The notes: generated by a model not told the origin, from the sequence alone. A stretch of DNA of 40,998 bases from a virus (IMGVR_UViG_3300037631_005960:1-40998), one strand, 5' to 3'. Counted from the first letter of the stretch, positions 7,839 to 16,992 are shown. Numbers and translations: made by a program.

Positions 7839-8018
7839 ATGACAATGAAACACGGACGATACACGGTAAAGGTTGAGATAACCGGTAATGATATTAACGA
7901 TACAGTTACTATGGATTACTACCCAACTGAAGAGATGACAGTAAAGCAAGTTATGGAGAAGTTTGATTACTGGAATGCTAAATCCTCAAAAGTTATCAGT
8001 GTAAGGCGTGTCGCTTAA
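7839..8018 (+). CDS. Small hypothetical protein (59 aa; not in ORF track)
   Basis: Translated by hand: MTMKHGRYTVKVEITGNDINDTVTMDYYPTEEMTVKQVMEKFDYWNAKSSKVISVRRVA; fills the space between two promoter copies exactly. Confidence 0.7.
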   Translation: MTMKHGRYTVKVEITGNDINDTVTMDYYPTEEMTVKQVMEKFDYWNAKSSKVISVRRVA

Positions 8019-8019
8019 T

Positions 8020-8036
8020 AGGAACTCTAATATAAT
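8020..8036 (+). promoter_or_regulatory. AGGAAC-N5-TATAAT promoter
   Basis: AGGAACTCTAATATAAT, ATG at 8044. Confidence 0.75.
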
Positions 8037-8043
8037 AAATAAT

Positions 8044-8298
8044 ATGACTGATAATAATAATAAAATCGAAATGCAACTTAAAGACGGTACTACTGAGTAC
8101 TGGGATCATCAAACGTTTGCTCGTTGGGCTTCTCTTATTGAGGGTATCCAGACGGTAGATCAGAAGCTTCAAGATGCTAATGTACCGGATACCGACAATA
8201 AATGGATCAAGCCTCTAGCTTTTGAGAAGTATATTCAAGAACGCTTTCACTCGATGCTACGTGATACTGAAGTAGAGCATCGCATTGGTAATATCTAA
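8044..8298 (+). CDS. Small hypothetical protein (start moved to ATG 8044)
   Basis: ATG 7 nt after promoter TATAAT; followed by terminator. Confidence 0.75.
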   Translation: MTDNNNKIEMQLKDGTTEYWDHQTFARWASLIEGIQTVDQKLQDANVPDTDNKWIKPLAFEKYIQERFHSMLRDTEVEHRIGNI

Positions 8299-8323
8299 AA
8301 CTTTCCTCGTTGTTCATATTAAG

Positions 8324-8349
8324 AGAGCCGGCTTACGCCGGCTCTTTTT
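8324..8349. terminator. Intrinsic terminator at convergent junction (probably bidirectional)
   Basis: Stem AGAGCCGGC-TTAC-GCCGGCTCT followed by TTTT; minus-strand loop GTAA (GNRA). Confidence 0.85.
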
Positions 8350-11300
8350 ATGTTGGGGTAGGTGTCGAAGCGCTTGGAGTAGGTACACCACCACCTCCCC
8401 CACCATTAGGATTAGTTGGTGTCATTGTCGGGGTAGGAGTTGGTGAAGCTGTTACTGATGGTGTTGGAGATGGGTCTAATGATGTATCGAGAATATCAAC
8501 ATCGATACTTGTAAGTATACCATCCAATGTAAGAGTCATTGTCTCTGGACCTTCTGTAATGCTATCTTCAAGAGCACCGATAAGAACGCTAGCTTCATTA
8601 CTATTAATAGTAAAGTCACCTGTTAAATCTTGATCAATATCATCTTCATCAATACCGGTAATGGTGTAAGATATATCAGTACCGTCATCAATACCAGTTG
8701 TGTAGAGAGTAATGAGAACATCATCACCTTCTTCAATTTCTGTATTACTTGCAACAAGTGAGAACGTTGGTGTTGTTGACGTATCATTAATTGTTACATT
8801 AGATGAAACGCTGAGACCATCAAGAGTAATAGTCATTACCTGTGAACCTTCTGTTGAACCGTCCTCTACAGCCGTAATAGTAATTGTATCTTGCTCATTA
8901 CTAATAGTAAAGGTACCTGTTAAGGATTCATTAATATCAGCAGACTGAATACCAGTAATTGTATATGGTATAACAGTACCTTCAGCAACGTTTGTAGTAT
9001 AGAGACCAATTGTTAACGTATCCCCTTCATCCATTTGATTACTGAAAGGTACGAGACCATAAATTGGATTCGGTGTCGGTGATGGGCTTGGTGAGCTACT
9101 TGGAGAAGGAGCTGGTGTATTACTTGGTGTAGGAGATGGGTTAATAGATGTATCATTAATTGTTACATCTGATGAAATACCAAGACCGTCGAGAGTAATA
9201 GTCATTGTCTCACTACCTTCTGTTACAAGATCAGCATAAGCAGAAAGAGAAATGGTGCCGATACCACTATTAACAGTAAAGTCACCTGTTAATGGCTCAT
9301 GAAGATCACTTGAATCAATACCGGTAATTGTATAAGGTACAGTTGTACCGTCAGCAACGTTAGTTGTAAAGAGACCAACTGTTAAATCACTACCCTCATT
9401 AACTTCATTAAAGTATGGAACAAGAGCATAAATCGGACTCGGTGAGCTGCTATTTGATGGGGTGACTGAAACGGATGGAGCTGGTGTATTACTTGGTGTT
9501 GGTGTTGGATTTATTGATGTATCGTTAATTGTTACATCTGATGAAATACCGAGACCGTCAAGAGTAATGGTCATTGTCTCATTACCTTCAGTTATATTAT
9601 CAGCATAAGCAGAGAGTGAGATTACATCTTGATCATTATTAATGGTAAAGTCACCTGTTAATGGCTCATGAAGATCTCCTGAACCAATACCTGTAATTGT
9701 ATAAGGAATAACTGTACCGTTAGCAACGTGTGTAGTAAAGAGACCAACTAACAAATCATCACCCTCATTAACTTCATTAAAGTATGGAACAAGAGCATAA
9801 ATTGGATTTGGTGTTGCAGATGGGCTTGGGAGAGCCGATTGCGATGGGTTAGGAGTATTACTTGGGGTAGCTGTAATAGTCGAAGGTGGTGTACTAGTCG
9901 GTGCGTTAGGAGTATTACTTGGGGTAGCTGTAATAGTCGAAGGTGGTGTACTAGTCGGTGTTCCAGTTGGAGTTTCGGTAGGAGTCCCGGTAGGAGTAGC
10001 CGTAACAGTACTTGGTGGTGTCCCTGTCGGTGTTCCAGTTGGAGTACTGGTCAAAGTAGGAGTCGGGGTAGGGGTAGGATACGATGCGGCAGGAGTGCTA
10101 CTCGATGTTGGTGTTTGTGTAGGAGTAGGAGTACCACAAGGCGTAGAGCTCGCAGTAGGGGTAGGGTTAGGAGTACCAGTCGGAGTTGGTGTTGACGTTT
10201 GTGTCTGTGTAGGTGTCTGTGTTGGTGTTGGTGTTCCAGTCGGTGTAGGATCTAAACATACCATAGGACAGTTGAGAGTATATCTCCAGCCTGGTTTATC
10301 ATGAACAGGAGATTGAATTGTAACAAGCGCTTCTTTCTCATTAAAGAGTGATTCAACAGACTCTATCATTCCTTCTGTAGTTGTATCAACAACAGGGTAA
10401 CCATCATCAGCAAGAGTGGTACCAGAAAAATCAATATCCTCTTTAATTAACGCATCAATAAATACTTGTCTCTTATAGCCACCATATACATAAGCAGCAT
10501 TACCAACAAAGCCTGTATCAATAATAACACTACCTTTGTAAGTTACAATGAAACGATCCGGACCATCCTCAACATCATACTCAAGCATAACACAACGATT
10601 ATTGTTATTAGTAGGAGTAACAGATGGAGTCTGGGTCTGAGTAGGTGTCGGTGTACCTGTACCAGTAGGTGTAGGTGTATGTGAAGGTGACTGTGAAGGA
10701 GTTACTCCAATAGACGTACTCGAGGTAGGAGTCACAGTTGGTGTTCCTGTTGGAGTACCAGTTGGAGTACCTGTTGGGGTACCTGTTGGGGTACCGGTTT
10801 GTGTCGGTGTTGGAGTAAGAACTTCAGAGCTACTTGGAGTAACTGATGGAGATGGAGACGAGCTTTGTGAGCTCGTTGATGGTGATGGGGAAGGTGAAGA
10901 TGAAGATGAAGCTTGACTAAATGGTGTAACAGTAGACCAAGCAGCTGGAGTATATCCATCAAAGCCAATCTCAAGAACACGATCTGCTTCACCAGGAGCC
11001 ATAAAGACTTGCTGATTCAAGAGTGAGCCATCTGTATACCAAGCCAAGTCAGCACCAGATGAATCCTCATCAAGAATAGCACTAAGTGGATTAAAGGAAA
11101 TAGAATCATCTGCTGGATCAATAGCAATCTGATAAGGAAGGTTCCATGGAGTGTTATAAATCTTACCATCAGGACCTTCAACAGAGAACATACTAGCAGG
11201 CTGTCTACCCCATGTATTGTGTCTGTCAACATCTGAACCAGTATAACCAGCAGTCATTGCACTGTAGATGGTATATGGGTAAGGAATCTCAGTTACACTA

Positions 11301-13057
11301 TCATCTGATGTATCAATCTTAAGAACACTACGAGCGTGAGTACCGTGAGAGTAAATGCAGCCATTAGAAGCAAGAACACCACCCTTATACTTGTTCCACT
11401 GAGGACAGCGCAAGTAGAAGTAATCAGTATTAGCAGATGTTGTAGTATCGTAATCAGCATTACCAGTAAGAGCTGTACCAATAAAGGAAATAGAGTCGTC
11501 GTTAAGATCAATAACTTGAACTTGACTCGCACCGTATGGGATACCATAGATCTTATCATTACCACCATTAACAGCGCCCCAGTAAGAACGATAGATAAAA
11601 GGAAATACAGCTTCATCAGCAGCAGCTAGTGAAGTTCCACGAGCTGTTTCGAATGGGTCTGTCGGTACTGTATAAGTGAGAGAAGTAACAGCTGACTCAT
11701 TACCATTTGCATCGAATGTGAACTTCTTAGTAGACTCAGATCCACTATAAGATGTCATATAAGCAGCACCAGCACCGTTACCGTTATCTTGAAGAGCAAT
11801 ACCTCTTGTTTGAAGACCGTAGCCAACATTAATATAATCTACAGTAACGTTAGAAGGGTCTTCTGTATTAACAATAAGTGGACCGTATGCAGCGTGAGGA
11901 GCAGCATAAATGCGCTTATTAGAAGCATATACAGCTCCTACCCATTTCTGGTTACTTGTAGATATGCCAGTTACACTATAAAGGGTTTGCGAATCGTCAC
12001 GTGGATCTGTTCTTACAACATCAGTAGCAGCATAAGGAATTGAGTAGTGGTAGCTGTTATGGTCTGTTACACTACCACGGAACTGAATCAATGTACCGTT
12101 ACTGATATCATTACCAATAAAGGTATACTCTCTATCAGGAATATTGTACTGCTTAAATCCTGTCATGTCGTAGGAAGTAAGCTCATAACCAGTATTAAAG
12201 CCAGCAGCAGTATCTGCATCCTCAATTAACTTATTAATGTCGTTGTGAGTACGGAGGTTAACAATACTATCAACTCTATTAGTCGTATAAGTTGGTCCAA
12301 GGAAAATAAGCTCGTCATCAATGAGAGCGAAGTGAGGTGTGCCTGAATCACCGGCAATTAAACCTTCTCTCCAAGCTTGTAAGTCAGTATCAATTGGATT
12401 ACCATACATCATCTTACCAAGATCACCTGTTTGGTAACTATTTGGAGAAGCATCAAAACCAGCAATACCCTCTTCACCAACATCAATAGAAGTTGCACGT
12501 GAAATAAGAGACTTCTCTTCTTGGTCAGTATGTATAATAGGGAAGTCGTCAGTAAAAGAAAAGCGTCCAGGTAGGTATGCAGGTAGAGTAATTTGACTTG
12601 GATCAAGATACTTGTAGAAGTCTGGTGGAAACACTTTAAGTGGTTCAATCTCTGAAGGAAGATCACTATCAAGAACAGCTACATAATAATCACCGTTAGC
12701 AGAGCCCATTCCGTGATAAGCATTTGCTGTAATTACTCGATCGTATCTAACGTTATTTCTATCGTAAAAATAAACAATCTTATTAACAGGTAATACATAG
12801 TGCCTTGCAAAAACCATGTGTCTTGGTGTAATAAGAGCACCACCCATTCTTGTACCAGCAACACCACCAACATCGTTATTGTTTAAAGGAGAAATACCTG
12901 TAGAACCAACAAGAGCATGCATCCAGTTATCAGTTGTTCTGGTCATTGTTGCTGCATTACCCAAATTATTGAACATCGGCTTATCAGTCGATGCATCATA
13001 TCCGTTAATTGCTGTAAATACAGATTCGTTAACTACGGTTTTTAAGTCTCTGGCCAT
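8348..13057 (-). CDS. Multidomain protein: trypsin-like serine protease, beta-propeller, Thr/Pro/Ser linkers, four Calx-beta/Ig-like repeats
   Basis: 'LITPRHMVFARHY' (H86), 'GDYYVAVL' (D123), 'GDSGTP' (S238); blades such as 'YWGAVNGGNDKIYGIP', 'YKGGVLASNGCIY'; (TP)n tracts; repeats 'VNEG...GT.IPYTITGI...LTGDFT...D.ITEG.ETMTITLDG'. Confidence 0.85.
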   Translation of the reverse strand: MARDLKTVVNESVFTAINGYDASTDKPMFNNLGNAATMTRTTDNWMHALVGSTGISPLNNNDVGGVAGTRMGGALITPRHMVFARHYVLPVNKIVYFYDRNNVRYDRVITANAYHGMGSANGDYYVAVLDSDLPSEIEPLKVFPPDFYKYLDPSQITLPAYLPGRFSFTDDFPIIHTDQEEKSLISRATSIDVGEEGIAGFDASPNSYQTGDLGKMMYGNPIDTDLQAWREGLIAGDSGTPHFALIDDELIFLGPTYTTNRVDSIVNLRTHNDINKLIEDADTAAGFNTGYELTSYDMTGFKQYNIPDREYTFIGNDISNGTLIQFRGSVTDHNSYHYSIPYAATDVVRTDPRDDSQTLYSVTGISTSNQKWVGAVYASNKRIYAAPHAAYGPLIVNTEDPSNVTVDYINVGYGLQTRGIALQDNGNGAGAAYMTSYSGSESTKKFTFDANGNESAVTSLTYTVPTDPFETARGTSLAAADEAVFPFIYRSYWGAVNGGNDKIYGIPYGASQVQVIDLNDDSISFIGTALTGNADYDTTTSANTDYFYLRCPQWNKYKGGVLASNGCIYSHGTHARSVLKIDTSDDSVTEIPYPYTIYSAMTAGYTGSDVDRHNTWGRQPASMFSVEGPDGKIYNTPWNLPYQIAIDPADDSISFNPLSAILDEDSSGADLAWYTDGSLLNQQVFMAPGEADRVLEIGFDGYTPAAWSTVTPFSQASSSSSPSPSPSTSSQSSSPSPSVTPSSSEVLTPTPTQTGTPTGTPTGTPTGTPTGTPTVTPTSSTSIGVTPSQSPSHTPTPTGTGTPTPTQTQTPSVTPTNNNNRCVMLEYDVEDGPDRFIVTYKGSVIIDTGFVGNAAYVYGGYKRQVFIDALIKEDIDFSGTTLADDGYPVVDTTTEGMIESVESLFNEKEALVTIQSPVHDKPGWRYTLNCPMVCLDPTPTGTPTPTQTPTQTQTSTPTPTGTPNPTPTASSTPCGTPTPTQTPTSSSTPAASYPTPTPTPTLTSTPTGTPTGTPPSTVTATPTGTPTETPTGTPTSTPPSTITATPSNTPNAPTSTPPSTITATPSNTPNPSQSALPSPSATPNPIYALVPYFNEVNEGDDLLVGLFTTHVANGTVIPYTITGIGSGDLHEPLTGDFTINNDQDVISLSAYADNITEGNETMTITLDGLGISSDVTINDTSINPTPTPSNTPAPSVSVTPSNSSSPSPIYALVPYFNEVNEGSDLTVGLFTTNVADGTTVPYTITGIDSSDLHEPLTGDFTVNSGIGTISLSAYADLVTEGSETMTITLDGLGISSDVTINDTSINPSPTPSNTPAPSPSSSPSPSPTPNPIYGLVPFSNQMDEGDTLTIGLYTTNVAEGTVIPYTITGIQSADINESLTGTFTISNEQDTITITAVEDGSTEGSQVMTITLDGLSVSSNVTINDTSTTPTFSLVASNTEIEEGDDVLITLYTTGIDDGTDISYTITGIDEDDIDQDLTGDFTINSNEASVLIGALEDSITEGPETMTLTLDGILTSIDVDILDTSLDPSPTPSVTASPTPTPTMTPTNPNGGGGGGVPTPSASTPTPT
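8480..9802 (-). repeat. Four tandem ~95-aa Ig/Calx-beta-like coding repeats
   Basis: Approx. 9802-9515, 9433-9146, 9064-8780, 8766-8480; the first two are highly similar at DNA level. Confidence 0.85.
9848..9960. repeat. Perfect 56-nt tandem duplication (57-nt period) in Thr/Pro linker
   Basis: gttaggagtattacttggggtagctgtaatagtcgaaggtggtgtactagtcggtg at 9848-9903 and 9905-9960. Confidence 0.9.
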
Positions 13058-13064
13058 TTTATTA

Positions 13065-14390
13065 TTAGATGTCTAAGTTTGTGAATACGATTTTACGAAG
13101 TGTTTCATGTTGCTGTGTAAGACCGCAAAGGTATTCATCTTCTACACCACATGAAAGAGTATAGAACGGGCAACCAACTGTTATATTCCAGTTAGATGAG
13201 GAAAGGGGCTCGAACACTTCAACAAGTGCTCTAGATGTATCAGTATCTTTATAGATTGATGTTTCAACTGTTAATGTATTACTAACATATGGGTAACCAT
13301 CTGGTGCAAGGTCAGTTGCTGGGTAACTGCCATGATTAGCAGATGAGAGTAAACCTGTAATGAATGTAGATCTTGATGCACCACCATAGTTAAATGATTC
13401 ATTACCGATAAAGCCTGAATCGTGTTTAACTTCATTATCTAATGTAATAATAAAGCGATAAGGATCACCTGTAGTAGAGTAATCTACATTTACGTCACCA
13501 ATAAATGCTGACATTTGGTATAAGAAAGTACTAGGATAAAAGCCTTCTGGTGAACTTACTGGTACACCACATGCACCATCAGCACAACCAACATGAGGCT
13601 CCATTCCTAAGAATGGAAGTATAGGTCTATCTTCTCGTGCTGGTACACCTTGAGGATCTGGTCCGAGAGCAGATAAATTATTAGTAAAAGGTGTTATTGG
13701 TGTAAATTCTAATGCACTCTCTTGGATGCTATTCTGATTACCTTCAACGTGGAAGCCATCAATAACAATCTCACCAGTTACAGTAGCTGCATTAACTGGC
13801 TTAACAAAGGAAACACCTGGTCTGTATCTTGTACCACTATCAAAGGTGAGGTTAACATCTTGCTTAAGGATAGGAGTAAAAAACTCTTCACCTTGTTTCT
13901 TATAGTCAACAGTTAATGTTCTACCATAGTTACCAAGTCTTGCTCTAACTGTCTTCTTACCTTCTTCGATAAGTTCAAAAGCTGATAATGACTCAGTAGA
14001 AACAATATTACCATCAGCATCTCTAACATGAACACCATTTGGCACTACAGCAGATAAACCATCTCTAGTATCACCACTACCATAATCATCAATAGGTTCG
14101 CCAAATGCTCCTAAAGTATCAAAACCTACACCAAGAATCTTACCACTTAAAGGTTCTGCTTTAGAAGTAAGGTCATATGTACCTGTAAAACCTAAATCAG
14201 GACCAACACCACCACCAGCTACTGCTGAAAGAGCATCTTGAAGAAACATACAAAAACCAATCTCATCTCCTGGTGCAGCATTAGATAGTTCATATGTAAA
14301 TGACCAAATAATATCATACTCAGGAGACATACCTTCTTCGAAAACAGCTACAGCAGCTGCATCGGTAGGGAGACCAGTTGGATATACCAT
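13065..14390 (-). CDS. L-type (legume-like) lectin domain protein with C-terminal domain shared with neighbour
   Basis: 'IGFCMFL...GGGVGPDLGF...ILGVGFDTLG' lectin pattern; C-terminal 'PYRFII...DSGFIG...W.ITVGCP'. Confidence 0.7.
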   Translation of the reverse strand: MVYPTGLPTDAAAVAVFEEGMSPEYDIIWSFTYELSNAAPGDEIGFCMFLQDALSAVAGGGVGPDLGFTGTYDLTSKAEPLSGKILGVGFDTLGAFGEPIDDYGSGDTRDGLSAVVPNGVHVRDADGNIVSTESLSAFELIEEGKKTVRARLGNYGRTLTVDYKKQGEEFFTPILKQDVNLTFDSGTRYRPGVSFVKPVNAATVTGEIVIDGFHVEGNQNSIQESALEFTPITPFTNNLSALGPDPQGVPAREDRPILPFLGMEPHVGCADGACGVPVSSPEGFYPSTFLYQMSAFIGDVNVDYSTTGDPYRFIITLDNEVKHDSGFIGNESFNYGGASRSTFITGLLSSANHGSYPATDLAPDGYPYVSNTLTVETSIYKDTDTSRALVEVFEPLSSSNWNITVGCPFYTLSCGVEDEYLCGLTQQHETLRKIVFTNLDI

Positions 14391-14395
14391 ACACT

Positions 14396-14423
14396 TATTT
14401 AATCGTGTGTATGGGCTTTACAA
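14396..14423 (-). promoter_or_regulatory. Late-type promoter TTGTAA-N16-TAAATA-N5-ATG
   Basis: Read on minus strand upstream of ATG 14390. Confidence 0.8.
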
Positions 14424-14431
14424 GAGATAAA

Positions 14432-15967
14432 TTACATTCCCCACTCAAACTTGACCATTCCTGGAGCTGTGTGACCAAAAGATCCACCATGAGCGTGATT
14501 TGAAGCACCAGGCGCGCCAGCACCACCCCAGAATGAAGCATTACCATTAACCTCTTCATCACCACCGTCGTTTGTATCTTGACCACCAAAGGCGCCAGAG
14601 AGCATATGTACTGCGAGAATGTGATCGTCAGTTGGGTCAGAAGAACCACCATTTGCAGTAAGTGTTTCAATCCAAGTCCAATAGTCTGGCATTGAAGCTC
14701 CGAATGAACGAGCAAGTTCAACAGTCAAACCACTTGACAAGTAAGAAATATAAGAGTCATTACCTGGTGTCATTGATGTTGTAACACCGTCACCAACAAA
14801 GTAATCGATTGTTGTTCCAATAGGAGCTGAAAGAATACCGTATACAGTAGCAGCTGCACCACCTGCTCTACTACCACCAGTAGAACCAGATCCTGTTACC
14901 CAGAACTTTGTGTAAGTTGCTTGAGTTGTAAATGACCCAGCACCAGCTGTATCATAAGCTACAAAACCAGGAACTGGAGCAGCAATAATAACCTCATCAG
15001 CTAGAGGTGAGAAAGAATCACCTTCAGCAACTGGAGTACCATCTACTGTAGCCTTAAGACCATTTTCAACCTTGAAGGTTGGAGTAGCAGTATTGTCTGG
15101 AAGAGCTTTAATAAATACAAAGCCATTAGCACTTTCATCCGGAAGATTAAAAGTAGTATGACCAGCATTAGCACCATATGTATCACCAATAACAGCAGAG
15201 AGATCAGGATAATCAGCTCCAGCAACTGTCTGACCATCTGCTAGCAACCAACCAGTAGGCATTGCAGTAAGAGCAGCAGACTCAACCATACCACCAACTG
15301 GAACTGTACCTGCAGAAGAGTTAAAAAAGACAGTAGCGTTAGATTGAGGAGCAGCCCATTTAAGATTACCTGCTGTATCAACTTGAAGGTAGCTATTAGC
15401 ACCACCAAGACCACCAGTTGGAAATTGATAATCAACAGCATTGATATTCAAGTTCTGAGGCAAATAAAGGTGTGAAGTAGAATTAGGGGTAATTCGATTA
15501 GTCTTAATCTGTGTACCACTCAAAGAAATCTTACCATCAATAAGTTCAATTGAGTTACCAGTAATATCTACTGCACCACTCAAGTGTTGTGATGAAAGAG
15601 TACCAACAGCAAGTGTACCTTCTGCATCATTAACGATAATAGAACCATCAGCAGCTTCAAAGAGAACAGCAACACGATCCCAACTATTACCATTCTTAGA
15701 ATATAGTGTATTGGTTACAGTATTAAAAGCAAAGTCACCATCAGCTCCTTCTGTTATTGTTTCATGGTTAGCAGATGAACCGAGAAACTTATTACCGGTA
15801 ATTAGACCACCAAGAGTTGAACCATCCCCAACAAATAGTCTTTTACTATCTGTAGTAAAACCAAGTTCACCTTGATCAAGTGTAATAAGTTGACGATCTA
15901 CATCTGTACCGCGACGTACAAGAAGCTTAAGAAGAGTGTTTTCGAGAATTTCGATTTTCTTTGACAT
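14432..15967 (-). CDS. Tail fibre protein: Mtd_N domain, tail collar domain, Gly-rich C-terminus
   Basis: 'LLVRRGT...LDQGELGFTTDSKRLFVGDG'; 'PVGGMV...PTGWLLADGQTV...YPDL..VIGDTYG...TFNLPD'. Confidence 0.85.
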   Translation of the reverse strand: MSKKIEILENTLLKLLVRRGTDVDRQLITLDQGELGFTTDSKRLFVGDGSTLGGLITGNKFLGSSANHETITEGADGDFAFNTVTNTLYSKNGNSWDRVAVLFEAADGSIIVNDAEGTLAVGTLSSQHLSGAVDITGNSIELIDGKISLSGTQIKTNRITPNSTSHLYLPQNLNINAVDYQFPTGGLGGANSYLQVDTAGNLKWAAPQSNATVFFNSSAGTVPVGGMVESAALTAMPTGWLLADGQTVAGADYPDLSAVIGDTYGANAGHTTFNLPDESANGFVFIKALPDNTATPTFKVENGLKATVDGTPVAEGDSFSPLADEVIIAAPVPGFVAYDTAGAGSFTTQATYTKFWVTGSGSTGGSRAGGAAATVYGILSAPIGTTIDYFVGDGVTTSMTPGNDSYISYLSSGLTVELARSFGASMPDYWTWIETLTANGGSSDPTDDHILAVHMLSGAFGGQDTNDGGDEEVNGNASFWGGAGAPGASNHAHGGSFGHTAPGMVKFEWGM

Positions 15968-15972
15968 GATTT

Positions 15973-16980
15973 TTAGAATTTAAAGACTGGAATTGCAAAA
16001 TTACCTTTATTACCAGAAGCAATCTGAATAAAGCCAGCAGATGAAAGAGCAACAGCAACACTATCGCCATCAGCGTTACCAGAGAGTACATTTACAATTG
16101 CTTCACTACCTGGAGCTTCAGCATCCATAGAACCGAAGAAGATCTCACCACCGCCAGATGTGTCAGTACCGGAAAGGTTTTGTTCAATTGAACTACTTGT
16201 TGAAATAACACGACCGGTAGAATCATACTCTGAAGTATTAAATGGATGCATTACGGCACCACCAATAATTTCAAGTCTAAGCTCTCCTGTACCTGGTGTC
16301 TTTTGAAGACCATTACCAAGAGCAGACAAAGCAATAGCATCAGCACCAACTGTATCATCACCAGCATAAGCAAAGTCAAGCTTATTGCCATCAAATGTAA
16401 ATGCTTCAGTAACATCAACACCAATTGGATCACCACCAGCACCGCTGAGACCTAAACTAATATCACCTGAGCTGAGATAGAGTCTAGATGATTCAAGTTG
16501 ACCTGAACCATTAACAAAAATAGTTGAACCATCAACTGCTGCAGAGAGACCAGTTGATGTAATCTCAATACCACCATTAGGTACTACGAAATCGGAAGCA
16601 ACCTTATCGATTGTAATACCATTATCCTTAAGCTCAAGTACACCAGCATCATATTCAAGAGTAGTACCATCGACCCTTGTACCAATAAATGCCCATGCAC
16701 TAAGTTGAGCAGCATCTGTACCAGAAAGCTGATATAGAAGGTTATCTTCATATACCATATCACCAGTAACAGCCTCAGTAAGGTCTGTTCTTGTACCAAT
16801 ATACATTGGTGGGTGATTCTTAGCACCTACTACATTACCACCTGAGAGGAATCCATCACCAACAAATACTCTCTTTGAGTCTGTTGTGTAACCAAGTTCA
16901 CCCTGTTCAAGGACTACACTCTCACGTTGAGCGTCTGTACCTCTTCTTAATTTAAGTTTTACGATTTCGATATCTGGCAT
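15973..16980 (-). CDS. Tail fibre-like protein with Mtd_N domain
   Basis: 'LKLRRGT...LEQGELGYTTDSKRVFVGDG...GG'. Confidence 0.8.
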   Translation of the reverse strand: MPDIEIVKLKLRRGTDAQRESVVLEQGELGYTTDSKRVFVGDGFLSGGNVVGAKNHPPMYIGTRTDLTEAVTGDMVYEDNLLYQLSGTDAAQLSAWAFIGTRVDGTTLEYDAGVLELKDNGITIDKVASDFVVPNGGIEITSTGLSAAVDGSTIFVNGSGQLESSRLYLSSGDISLGLSGAGGDPIGVDVTEAFTFDGNKLDFAYAGDDTVGADAIALSALGNGLQKTPGTGELRLEIIGGAVMHPFNTSEYDSTGRVISTSSSIEQNLSGTDTSGGGEIFFGSMDAEAPGSEAIVNVLSGNADGDSVAVALSSAGFIQIASGNKGNFAIPVFKF

Positions 16981-16992
16981 TTTTCTAAAATG

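Noticed and set aside
7610-8036. Repeats spaced about 200 nt apart as a possible CRISPR array
   Set aside because: Spacers are far too long and are complete ORFs; repeats contain -10 boxes; no cas genes.
8310-10684. Plus-strand Val/Gly- or Arg-rich ORFs opposite the 1569-aa gene
   Set aside because: Antisense mirror of Thr/Pro repeats.
14432-16980. Diversity-generating retroelement suggested by Mtd_N domains
   Set aside because: No reverse transcriptase and no adenine-mismatched TR/VR pair seen in the window.
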